A stretch of 64,000 nt of DNA from Bugula neritina (taxonomy: Eukaryota; Animalia; Bryozoa), in assembly GCA_964035545.1 (NCBI GenBank), contig OZ037766.1, positions 7,306,722 through 7,370,721 on the forward strand. Direction: 5' to 3'. A program made the translations under genes and the position numbers. Shown here in pieces: positions 25,101 through 37,567 of the stretch; the stretch's first letter is position 1; every line of letters starts with the position of its first letter. The notes under the pieces are model-generated. The model ran no database searches and was not told the DNA's origin. It saw nothing but the letters and a program-made list of their open reading frames with translations.

Positions 25101-28100
25101 TATAGAATATCTATTATATAAGTATAGAATATATATTCTATAAGTATAGAGTATCTGTTCTATACTTATAGAATATATATTCTGTACTGGTAGAATAGAT
25201 ATTCTGTAATGGTAGGCTATAGAGTATAGCTTCTCCCACACCAGCAATATTAATATGGTGAACGGATATCCCAAGATTTTCTGCTAAGTTTCATCTAATT
25301 GGCTAGTTACTTTCTAGGAAGTGAGGTTTGTGTTGTTTTTATTTTTACACTTTGGGTGGGATTTAAATGATAGATTAAATGAAATTTGTCCTGTGTAAAT
25401 TTATTTAGTGGCTTGTTTGACCAGTGATATTCATTTTTAAATAAAAAACTTTTGCACCTATAAAAATGATCCAGCATTCTTAAATATAAAAACTTGAGCA
25501 ACTCATTTGCAATAACTTACATTGTTTTGTGAATTCAATGTAGCTATGCATTGGCATACAATTGGCAAGCAGTTTAGCTTCTCTACTTTATTATCGTATT
25601 TGAGTGTTGCTTTTTAGAAACATTTTTATATTTGAATTGGTTGCTCCAATGCATACTAATGTATTGGTCAGGTTTCAATAACTGCTTTTAGAAACTAGTT
25701 TTAATAAAATATTTGATTAGCCCACGGTAATGTTTCATTGAAATCAGTTTCTAGGAAAAATATGAGTTTTTATTGGAATAAAAGATTCAAATTAGTTATT
25801 CTGTGATAATAACTGACCATAGGGTCTTACAATGCACATGACGTAGTTGCTACAAGGTAGGATAAAAGGTTTTTATCCACATTCAGATGGGCTTATTCTG
25901 GTACTTCTTCTTGCTGCATCTAGTCAATTTCCCTGTGGACTTGCGCTAATAAATGTGTAGAATACTGTTATCCAAGTGACCCTAATGCTATAATATAATG
26001 GCATGTATTTGCTTTGGGGAATACTGTAACGGAATCATCACCCACAGTTTTGTGCGATGTCATGTGGCGGTGATTTTTAGGTTTTGTAGAAGGGACAATT
26101 GTGTAAACAATGCGATTGATGAGAAAATATCGCAAGTTCTTTTGGGCGAGTAAATTTATGATGGAGCATCCCAATAAAAGCACGATGATTGTTTTGGTCA
26201 GCATTACTTTCATCTATAATTTTAGCCCTCAGAATAAAAGCTGGACTGGGCAAGGAATTCTGCCTGAATTCTGTAACCTAGGCTCATAGAATTAGAAATA
26301 TTTCTTCTTCTTGATAATAACACTGTGACATGATGCAACCATCTCATGTTATTTGGTTTAGTTTGACTACAATTTATTTGGTTCCATTCTATTTTCAGCC
26401 CGAAATGCGGTAGTAGTTGTGATCACAGCGGCTATAGCATCTATAGTTTACGATGTTGTCGGAATAAAGGACAGTTTCAGCTTGACTGGTAAAATTCAGG
26501 CGGGCATGCCTGTGCCTTCAGTACCCAAGTTCTCCTTAGAGTACTTTAATGAAACCTCCAACTCTACAGTTACCATGGGGCTTGGGGAGATCTCAGGGGT
26601 GAGATATTTATACTCTAGTCTATAGTAATTGAAGTCTCTTGCCTTGTAAACTCTGAAAACAGCTGTAGCACATCATTTGGTCACTACAATATATTCTATT
26701 TATTCAAAATACAAATTTGCATTAATTTATTATATACATCAAGTAATGGGCCATGACTATTCAAACGTTGCTTACTTCCTAACTGTAGCATGCTTTACTT
26801 CCACTATAGTAAGAGGATAGTTTCAACATCTTTAAATTTAATTCGTATTTTAAGATTAGCTTGGTGTACATGTGATGGTGTTTACAAAAAAAAACACATT
26901 TCGCACTGAAATACTTGACTTCAACACTGACTAGAAATTGATTTTTATGTTGCTACAGGATTGTTTAATATATCGAAAATGACAACTTTTTAATTCATAT
27001 ATATTTTTTACAGAAAATCGCTGAAGGTTTTGTGGTTATTACATTAATTGGCATGCTTGAAAGTGTAGCTATAGCTAAGGCTTTCGGTAAGTTTTCAAGC
27101 TAATATTGCTATTAGCTCCACTTTTTTAAAATAAAATATCTAGCAGTTTTTGAAGTTCTTTCGTAACCTGCACTGAATATTCTTAAGGTTTGCGCAATGG
27201 TGCAGTCTTTTGCTTTTGATTAAATGCTGATGTTATGACATCATGCTCTTCTATTAACATTCTATACATGTCTTTCTTTTTATACATTTTGGCTGTGTAA
27301 ATGTGGGCTGAATTAATTTTAATGTTAGCCATTACTAAGTTAGAAGAAAACTTTCCCATCTAGTTCAGGATCTATCACTAATAGATTTCACTATGCTAGA
27401 CAGGCTGTCTACACTTGCAAACTATATTTAACTCATTTTATAAGGTTGCTTTGCAAAAGTAATTGCCATGAACCATATTTTATGGAACAGCTTTTTTGAA
27501 ATTTGAAACAATAATTTTATTCCTTCGAATTAGTTTTTATCGCAACTGCACTGTAAAGAAATAGTTGTGTGTAAGATAAGTTAACTATCTGAGCTCAAAC
27601 TACATTTCAGCACTTGTTGTGCCAAGTCCCACTAATTTGGTTACTTAAGTTTTTTTGACGACTGAAATTAGCACAAATTAGTGATTTGGCTTCCATGTTT
27701 AGCGACTAGTACCAAATTTTGCAGTGATTGAAACATGAGAATATGTTAATGTATTATATAGAATTCAGTTTAAAATATGTACTAGACTCCAGAGTGTTGC
27801 CGTGCACTCCACAGATATACAGTAACTTGTAGTAATTGTATTTTCTGATGATTGCAGCTCGACGTAACGAGTACAAAATAGACCCCAGCCAGGAACTGAT
27901 TGCTATGGGAGTAGCCAACACCATCAGCTCCTTCTTCCACTCCTACCCGGTCACTGGCAGCTTTTCCAGGTAGAAACTGGTGTTTGCTTCACTGGTTTAA
28001 CACATAAACGCAGCACCAGAATATTTCTATATATAGTTCTCAATATGAATAATTAAATTGGCTTTCTAGCACATTTGTACACAGTCATTTCAGTGTGTCC

Positions 28101-31100
28101 AGTGGTATGTGTAGGCTAATAGGCACCATGAATAACACAACAAAACACACCTACCACTATTTACCTGTGTACACCACCCCTGGGTCTCAACATACTCAGA
28201 ATAGTTGTCTGTCTGTGTCTCATGGCTTTCAACTGGGGACTATGTGATAATGCACTGAGTATACTCGCTGGCCTTTAAGGTTTTCTATCAAAAAATAGTT
28301 GCCATCAAGCAAATAGCAGTGTTTGCTATGTACTTTAGGTTCTCATTCTTGGATATTTCAGAAATAGTTTCACTATTTAAAGCAAATATATTTCATTTAC
28401 ATTGAATTTCCATTGGGTGTTGTTTTTCCAAAGTACTGCATCAGCTATGTGTTGTGAGTAAGTTTTGACTCCCCAATGCATTTTACAAGTTATTCACTTA
28501 TTTCTTAGTGTAAAACTAAAAATTGTCTTATGCTGTTAGTGTATTTAATCAGTGAATGGCATCTTAAATTTTGTTTACTTTGCAATATAACTTGAGGACA
28601 ATTTTTTCATAGAGCATAAAAGATTTGTGCTTACTTTCCAGCTGCATGAGTATGTTTTAAGTCTGAAAGAGAATGGCCTGTTTTTTAGATGTTGGATTTA
28701 TATACTAAAAGTACTGCTTATCTCTATATACTCTTACCCAACATACTTGTGTTTCAACGAATTTCTTCACTATTTACAATAATATTTGCAGAACTGCCAT
28801 CAACTCTCAGTCAGGCGTGAGGACCCCAGCTGGTGGCATTTGGACAGGAGCTCTGGTGATTGTTGCTATCGTAGTGCTTACCCCATACTTCTTTTATATT
28901 CCTGAGGCAGCGCTGGCTGCCGTTATCATTGCTGCTGTCGTGCAGATGGTTGAATATGAAATTGTGTTGACCCTCTGGAGAGTCAAAAGTTAGTATTTTA
29001 GTTTAGTTTGTACAAGTCTTTGTTTAATTGTTTTATTATTAGAATCTCAGAAGGCCAGTCAGATTGTAACATTATTCTACAGTTAAGTTAGGTTAATATA
29101 GGCACTCTGTAACGTGTGCATTTAGATAAGTTTGTGTCTAGTTATGAATTTTACAGTAAGCTCTAATACAAGAAGCATATCAGCATTAAAAAACCAAGCT
29201 TTTAGTCATAAAATAAATAGGATCTTTTGCAGGGTGAAATAACAAATTGAATAACAATCGTATTTTTTTTTTAAAACACTAGTTTTTTAATTCACAAAGT
29301 TCAGCAATAGCTATTTTTGCTGTATTTCCATGTGGTTCACATTTCACATGCTGTTTTACTGGCCTCTTGTTAATATTCTAATTACCTGCCAGCGTTTGTT
29401 TACAACTATTTGTGCGCACAGTTTTACACATTGTTGCATAGCAAACTATAGTTTTAAAGTTACTCATGTGTGAAATAGTATTGAGAAGCACCAATGTTGA
29501 GAGTATATTGCTATTGTTTGTGAGTGTATTGTGTTTCCTCTGGGTATTTCCTTGCAAACTCTATTGAATAGTGCATAGTTCTAACAACCTTCAGGCTTTG
29601 ATAAATAATTTCAAGAGTTGATGCTCTTCCCACAATCATCCCATTCATTCTAGTCTGGGAATTATTCAACTTGCAATCTTTTTAAATGCAACCTTTCTTG
29701 CATGAAACTAACTGAAATGAAACTGCTGTTTATTTGTAAACTTGTTTATTGACTACACATAACAACGGAACCTTTTGCCGTCATGACTAATCAGTATTGT
29801 GTCACTTGCGCCAGGAAGTTATGACACCACATGGTGGGTGTCTCATAGAGTCTGTAAGATTCAGCTTCTCAGGAAATGAGCATCATTAAAATTTAATTGA
29901 CCTGATCTATCACTTCCAGTGTAAAGGAGATGCTGTTTCATAGATAGGGCTCAGTGGGAAAGCAACTGTTGCCAATACTTCATATCAATTCACAATGGTA
30001 TTAGCAAAGATGCCTGTCAATAGTTACAACATTATGCGCTTTAGTGTTGGTGTTGTGGGGAAATTGTGCAGGCCCACGTGCTTGGGCTATTTAGTACATT
30101 TAAATCAGTTTATACTCATATATAGCTAATTATATTATAAAATTTCTTTTTGTAGAATTGGACTTGCTGCCCCTGTTAACTACATTCTTCGTATCAATCT
30201 TTGTGAATATTGAAGTAAGTCTATCCTCTTGCCACAACCTCAATAATTCTTTAATATACGTTCCATTACATTTATTTCATGTGTGATGAGATTACATAAG
30301 AATAAAATTAAAAGAAGTGATGTCTCATTTGAGACACTGACTAGCTAGAAAATATGCCTTCTCGTTGAAATATATTGTATATGATGTTACAGGAGTGCAA
30401 ATCTGTTATAGTATATTTTTTAAGTGAAAAAATTATATTTTACTCCTTCAGGTTGGGATAATTGCAGGAATAGGAATTTCTGTTGTAATGGTCTTAATTC
30501 CCATGGCAAGGCCCAAGCTTCTGGTTTGTATTTCACTAAAACCATTAACTTATTCTAACTTAATATACACCTAAAAGAAATACATAAATGAAGCTCGCTG
30601 ATTCAAATATCTGTATAACAGTTATATGGGCAATTGCTTTCTATGAGTAACTTTGTGTTAAAGGAGCCCAAGATTTTGACTACAACTTTATATTATTTCA
30701 GTTTAGTTTGTATTTTGTGTACTACTTAAGCCTTATGGTAGAACCTGTTTATTACAAATTATGAATATGGTTTATGTGTTGACTTGCCTAATATACTTTG
30801 TTTAAAAGCTTTTTATTTTTTATATGTTTTAATTTTACAGGTAACCTATGCAAAAGCATCTAAGTATCTGGACAACCCCACTGATGCTAATGAAGAAGTG
30901 AGTTATGTACAACTTGGCATTTTCTAAATATATTTTATATTCAAAATTATAAAGGTTATGGCCAGAATATTTTCAATAAATTACCATGTCTATCAAATAA
31001 GTAGATAATATACAGAGTTTATATTACCCTGCCTTTCTAGATTCATCAATAACAATAAAATTATATATAAATATATATAATTTACATTTCTAATCAGATT

Positions 31101-32132
31101 TCTTGTAGTATGTCACTTTTGGTGTTGATTTTCATACGTTTATACTCTTGTAGAAGTAGTTCTCTATAACCACCCATGCATTTGCTACAGATGTTGTAGT
31201 ATATATATTTTTCATCTGCTTTTATTTTCATGCAAAGTGTTCGCCAAGTCTAAATTCTTGGTTGGTGAAACATTTTTTTCAGACACTATTAGTGCACATG
31301 TGTTTCCCCTCTACTCTACACTAGTTTGTTCTCTATGCAGGATGCAGCAGTGATATTAGAGCCAGCGCAAGGTCTAAACTTCCCTGGTGTGGAATATATC
31401 AAAGACAAGGTTATGAAGCACGGGGTGTATGAAACGCCCCCTAAAGCTGTAGTGCTGAATGCAGTGCACTTTTCTAACTGCGACTACACTATGGTCTTGG
31501 GTGTAACACAACTCTCTGAATATTTCTCCAAACATGATCTCAAATTTGCTATAGCTTGTTGTCCCGTAAGTATATTGCTTTTGCTATTGTAACGTCACTG
31601 AAATACACTATTTGCCTTCTTGAAGTTTTGTTTTATTGGAGTTTCTAATAACAGAATTCTGTATCAGTTTTTGTTGATTAGCTGTTTTACATTGTTTGCT
31701 GGTCACCATACTATTTTAGCTATCAGTATGTTATATATATTGTATATTTTGTATATGCATGTATATATTTATATTGTATGTGATGTTATAAATGTTTTCA
31801 GCTATAAGTGATTCTTTATGCTAAGCAGCCACTAAGATGTACACACAATCTTGTTGATCACATAATTTATTTCTTAGGATGAAATCAAGGAAACACTTGT
31901 ATCGGCTAAAATAAAAAAGTTAAAGTTTGGTGCTACAGTGGAGGATGCTCTACACAAGTCATTTGGTCAGTCACCTCCCCCTGCAGCCCCTGCTGCTGCT
32001 GCCTCGGCTGCGGCTCCTTATGCTGCATGTAATAGCATAGAGCTAGAATTCATGCCAGATACCTATAAGCAGGACCTACCTGATTCTTCCATGCTTGACT
32101 CTAGTCATATTGCACCTGGCAGCAAATCTTAG
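19200..32132 (+). CDS. SLC26A11: Sodium-independent sulfate anion transporter (SLC26A11-like SulP + STAS), ~736 aa; exons 19200-19398 (or alternative 20068-20128), 20812-20950, 21461-21563, 21756-21966, 23513-23598, 23965-24044, 24870-25012, 26399-26598, 27014-27086, 27858-27969, 28792-28988, 30156-30214, 30452-30523, 30841-30897, 31341-31565, 31878-32132
   Basis: SLC26 signature [38 protein letters not shown]...GTSKDITMGPTAIMSL, plus PVISGFTSAAA, ARNA, ESVAIAKAF, QELIAMG, YPVTGSFSRTAINSQSGVRTP, FFYIPEAALAAVII and a STAS-like GLNFPGVEY...DYT. All junctions are GT-AG and phase-consistent; summed exon length 2211 nt is divisible by 3. The first coding exon is uncertain. Confidence 0.92.
25015..25205. 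repeat. Intronic AT-rich quasi-palindromic minisatellite (tatagaatat..ttctata units in both orientations)
   Basis: Repeated tatagaatat(a/c)t(a/g)ttctata(ct/ag) units immediately after the exon ending at 25012. Confidence 0.8.
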
Positions 32133-33428
32133 TCTTTTGTCATAATTAAGGAGCTTTTTACTCATGAGATTATATATTTCAAAATGTTGCTTCTGCTCTC
32201 CCAATTTTGATGTACCTGCTGCATACAGCTCTAGAGCTAGATGATTTAGTTAGTCGTAGTTGGTTACTCATCTATTCTAAACAATCAAGGAAAAATTTTG
32301 AATTTTGTTTATTTTTTATACGTTTTTATTCAAGCCGTCTCTTTACATTCGAATCTTCATAAATTGTTGGAATCTCTATGCATATTTATTTATTTGAAGC
32401 ATCACTAGCATCTTCCACAATTATAGTTTTTATAAAAAGTTTTATGTTCAGCTTTTATTGCTGCTATCGAAATATATTTCTAATTTGTGCATTAATAACT
32501 TCACTTCTGTTTGTAAAATGATGTCAAGTTTATATAAAATTGAAGTGTTCAGAAATGGTTCTTTAACAGAGAATGTGCCTAAATGTTTCTTAGAAAATTC
32601 AACAGTTCACAGTATTTTGAGTTGAAGAAGCTTATTACAGCCAGTTATTGTGTTGCTGACTTGAACAACAAACAGTTTTCTCTCAAGTAGTGAGGGAACA
32701 GCATAAATTGAATGATCATAACATTATTTGCTGCTTATTCGGTCAACTCATTACACACTAAAGCTCTTCAACTGATTAAGTGTAAGTCTGCCTGTGATTA
32801 TTAGAATTGTTAGAGTCTGTTATTTGTGATTTAGTCAGTTTAGCTTATCCATGATTGTGAATCAATATCTCTTCATCACTCTATTTTTAATTTAGAAATT
32901 TTAATATCTAGAAAATATGAGTGAGGTGCAACATTATGTAACTGTAGCTGTAAGTACTGTGTCATCCGGTGCAGTGTAATGCTTATATCATGGTTATATA
33001 ATATAGGTGCTTTTAATGCATCTCCACCCATTTGGGACTGCGGCAAGAAATCCCTCATAATCTGCACCATCCACACTTCTTGGTTACTAAACATTTAGGC
33101 CTCAGGCATTTCTAATAGAACTCATTAAACTTATTTAATTGCAATATAACACTTATATTTATGTGACTCATGCTATGCAAACTTAATGTTTGCTCCAATA
33201 ATACCTTTTAGCCAATATCATAATATTATATAGTATATAATTATTATATAATAGAACTCAACTCAATACTGAAGTAAAGCTGGCAAGCTATTCTTCAACA
33301 AGAATGAAGGACATATATTATTTCAATAATTGATCAATTGATATTTTTTGCTAAAAAAAGAAATTTTGTTCTGTTAAAATATATCAACGATCAAAGTATA
33401 AATTTCAATTTCTTCTAAAGCTTATGCT

Positions 33429-33433
<5 letters not shown>

Positions 33434-33487
<54 letters not shown>
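33434..33487. repeat. (TA)n microsatellite
   Basis: Perfect TA run. Confidence 0.97.
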
Positions 33488-33490
<3 letters not shown>

Positions 33491-34656
33491 ATCAATTACA
33501 TTATTGTGACGTTTTATTTACCTATGGTAGACATCATTAAGACATCATTCATTATAGATGTCTTAATGTTATCCTGCATGTATTTTGTAACCTGATTGTC
33601 AATGACATTTTCTGCAAATGAAACAAATACTATTCAATTGAGACAACTTGAAGTGCACATCTTATATCTACCTTAAAATCTGAAAGAGGACTCTTGGATC
33701 CTATTAATTGATTATATTGCAGACTTTCTGAAATTATTTCAAATGGAACCTATATAAGGCAATTTGGATGTTCGAAAAACGGGGATTGAAGTAGCGCTGA
33801 ACGCTTTTAGGGGTACACAGGCTGGTATGCTATAGTTTATTAATGTATAATGATTCTTTCTTTGCTTTTAGAAGCAGGAGTTGAAGACCTTGACAGTCAA
33901 GCTTACAGTAATGGGGCATACAATGACCATGGTGACAAAGCTGCCAAATTAGCAGACGATGCTGTATAAGGAGGTTAATTTTCAAGAACATGGTAACAGT
34001 AATATATGGGCACGCTACCTTACTAATTGGCATGGTAGCAGCCTGGTGTTCTACAGGCTAGTTTAAAGGCACCTTAGCATATTGATAACACTTGTACAAC
34101 ATATCATATACATTATATAAGTGGATAACTAATTTGCCTTTTTTAAGTTTTTTACAGCAAGACACACCAAATATGGTTAGATTTTTAATATTGTATTTTA
34201 TAAATTCTGAGATTCAAGCTTTAATTTTTTCAAAAACTAAGAAATATTGTCTTTTTGATAAATATCATATCTGCTATTCTTCTATATCATAAGATAACAA
34301 AACTAAATAAACTGATCATGCACAAAGGTACGTAAACTATGATTAATTTGTAAAAAAATTCATAAGCGACATTATGACTGATTAACACAAAACATTATAA
34401 CAAAATTACAATGTCTTGCGAATACATTAATATTAAAAACATATTAAAGAATTTGTCACAGACAAGAAATGAACAAAAATTATGAAAAAATGAAAAATTC
34501 AAAAAATATCTTAGAGTTAAATAAAATTGTTGGCGCAGTCTTTGGAGATTCGAATGTTTATTTAAAATAAATAGAGTCATTGAATTTGGAGTGTCGTACT
34601 AAATAAATAATAAATGCAATATATATGTCACTACAACATATCCGTGGTATGTGTTA

Positions 34657-35516
34657 TCAGGGAAATCTCCAGTAACAGTTTACTACATTCACTAAACATA
34701 TATATCTCCTCTTGGAGCTTACAGGACCTTGTTGGCTGCTATTAACTGTGTTTGATGACCTACGGTCAAGTTGTATTTGTTTTTCATTTATTAATTTTGC
34801 TAGTAGTTGGTGGAGCGTAGGTGTGCTAAACTTCTGAATGGGATTTTCGTTGGTTGGAATGGTTGTAAGCTGGTCTAAGTTGTATGAAATGTCTTCCAAA
34901 ATGTGTCTATCTCTAGATGAACGGCGTTCTTCTATGGGCCCCTGAAGTCAACATCAAATACTGGGTTATGAATATTACACAAAAGTAATGATTTTATCTA
35001 CCTATGTGTATAAATCTCATATTATTTTGTAAACAATATATCAAAATAATGTTTGCCTTGCCATGCTTGCATCTAATATGATCGATGAGTATGACATACA
35101 AAATCACAGCGCATATAGAAATAATAGCATCAATAATTTACACAATACAATAAGAAAACAAAATTATTTAACATAAATTAAGCAATCTGAACTTTCAAAT
35201 CAAAATTAAAAATGAAAGCAATATGAATGCTATAAATGTATTGTAATAGTTTATTCTATACCGATAAAATGTGCTTTATACGAGTAAGTTGAAAGATACT
35301 ACATTAAATGTAATAATATATCAAACACAGCAGATATGCATTATTATACTAAGTATAGGTAATTTGCATGCCTAAACTTACTGAAACTAATGCATGATGA
35401 TCTCTGAGCCAAGCAGTTCTATATCCTGTGTCTGCCTCAGTAGTAACAGGAATCGAAGCAGCAAAATGTTGTGTTAATGCTGCCAAAAAAATTATAAATA
35501 AATTTTTATCCATCAT
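34657..35516 (-). CDS. AstC: Allatostatin-C / somatostatin-type neuropeptide precursor, 139 aa; exons 35516-35382 and 34941-34657
   Basis: Signal peptide MMDKNLFIIFLAALTQHFAAS. The phase-0 intron (TCA|GTAAGT ... TTCAG|GGG) joins in frame. The C-terminal peptide follows a KRR cleavage site: YICLVNVVNCYWRFP, with C-x6-C spacing and a CLVNV.(A/N)CY core like lophotrochozoan AstC peptides. Confidence 0.85.
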
Positions 35517-36750
35517 TGATGTAAAGAATAGTAATGAATCTAATAAAAGGTTTGCAGCAGTTCGACTTGAAATATTAACATGTATTAGTAAATAGTTAGA
35601 TTTGTTCTGATATAAATACAATAGGAAACGGTTGTTCTTGCGATTTCATTGGATAACCATAAACCTAATGGAATGATGACGAGGTATCATCAATATCAAT
35701 GTTTTATACTGCGAATGATTTGCCTTGAGCAGCATATAATATACTGTTGTATAATTTGATTAATTGCTGTAGCACTGTTGCCCTTTGTAACTAAAACACC
35801 ACTGTCACTATTTACATATTGTTATTATGTGAATGTTGTTCTAGGTGGTATTATCTTTGCCTTTCCCAAGTAATAATTGTACCAGCCACAGTTATATATA
35901 TACACTGTTACTCAGTTCAAAGAGTAGAACACCCATAAGAATACTACTTTATCTATTACTCATGAAATGGTCATAAAATACACTAATCTGTGGTGAGACT
36001 TAAAAAAGAATAATTCTAATCATATCTAATTAAAATAAATATTCCAATTTTAATAAAACAGAAAAATCAAACATATATTGTAGTTTTTCCTTGATTACAC
36101 ATGTACAAGTTGGGTATAATTGCAGATTTTTCTCTCGATCTCCTCTCTTTCACACGCACGCACACAATTCTGAAACTATATGTATTTTATTGACCTCTTT
36201 TGCTCCTTTTTAAGTTAATGGCAGGCAGACCTGAACTTACCATGCAGCCAGTATATGCTAATAAACTACTGCATTGCAGTGAAGGTTTTCTTTAAAATTT
36301 TAACAATTTGATTTTGTCACAATGTATAGCTATACATAAATAAACATATTCTTGGAGCCTAAATCTATGGAACAGCTCTTAACTAATAGTCATCATGGTG
36401 ACATCTGGCAGTGCAGCACTTTGACTCTTTTAATACACAGTTTCTCATACCAAGGGCAAATTTTATTCAACATTTTAGCATTTAGAAACCACAGGCACTC
36501 TTAGTGTGCCATCAACAATCAATTTACAGTTGGGGCCCGATTGCAGATGCCAATGCCAGTACATCAGTTGTATATTGGCCTTATCCTACCATAAAAATTA
36601 ACAATTTATTACTCATCGAATGTCAATCGAGATTATAAAAAGTTATACTATGTGAGTGATATAATTCAATGCTAAAAGCAATATAAAATAATATTTCATA
36701 CTGGTTGGTTACAGTTAAGTTGCTACCTTTTATATGGAGTTATCGCAGCG

Positions 36751-36920
36751 TATAAAAGGAGACAACTCTAATTTTATTTAAGCAGCTGTTTGAACTCTCG
36801 CTGGCACTAGTGCCTGCAAACTGTTTTGCAACTTCTGCAGCCCACGCAGGGAAGCAATTAGCGTAGCGGTCACGTTTTGGTGCGCCCACAAACAAGTGAC
36901 AGTGTGAGTGTAAAGTAAGT
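36751..36920 (+). promoter_or_regulatory. Candidate TATA promoter plus non-coding first exon of an unidentified + strand transcript
   Basis: TATAAAAG at 36751, a GC/CpG-richer ~140-nt stretch, then donor AAA|GTAAGT at 36915. Confidence 0.35.
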
Positions 36921-37159
36921 ATTATTTTTCCTTTCTTTACAATTATGATATTAAAATGCTTAATAACGGCAACGTCTTTGTAAATAAGTCACTGACTTCA
37001 TTATTCATATTGATTGTACTATTCATTCATCATTACCGTGATTACGAAGCTATAAAATTAAATATAAACGACCACTGTCACTGTGACTGTGACTGTGACA
37101 CTGGCTGTAACCAATAAGTATGACATTGGGTTTGACTATTAGTATGAAAACCACTAAAT

Positions 37160-37567
37160 TTAACTTATTAAATACTAATAGTACTAGTAGTAAAGTACTA
37201 CTACTAGTACTCGTACTAGTACTAGTAGTAGTAGTACTAGTAGTAGTAGTAGTAGTAGTAGTGCTAGTGGCAGTGGCAGTAGCAGTACTACTACTACTAG
37301 TACTACTAGTACTACTACTACTACTAGTACTAGTACTACTACTACTAGTACTAGTAGTAGTAGTAGTAGTAGTACTACTACTATTACTACTACTACTAGT
37401 ACTAGTACTAGTAGTAGTAGTAGAGTAGTAGTAGCAGCAGTAGCAGCAGGAGCAGCAGCAGCAGTAGTAGCAGTAGGAGCAGCAGCAGTAGTAGCAGTAG
37501 GAGGCAGTAGTAGGAGGCAGTAGTAGGAGGCAGTAGTAGGAGGCAGTAGTAGTAGCAGTAGTAGTAA
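37160..37567. repeat. Compound (TAG/CTA)n, (GCA)n and (GGAGGCAGTAGTA)-type simple repeat
   Basis: Mosaic tagtac/tagtag/gcagtag tracts. They account for ORFs 37050-37634 and 37120-37428. Confidence 0.95.
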
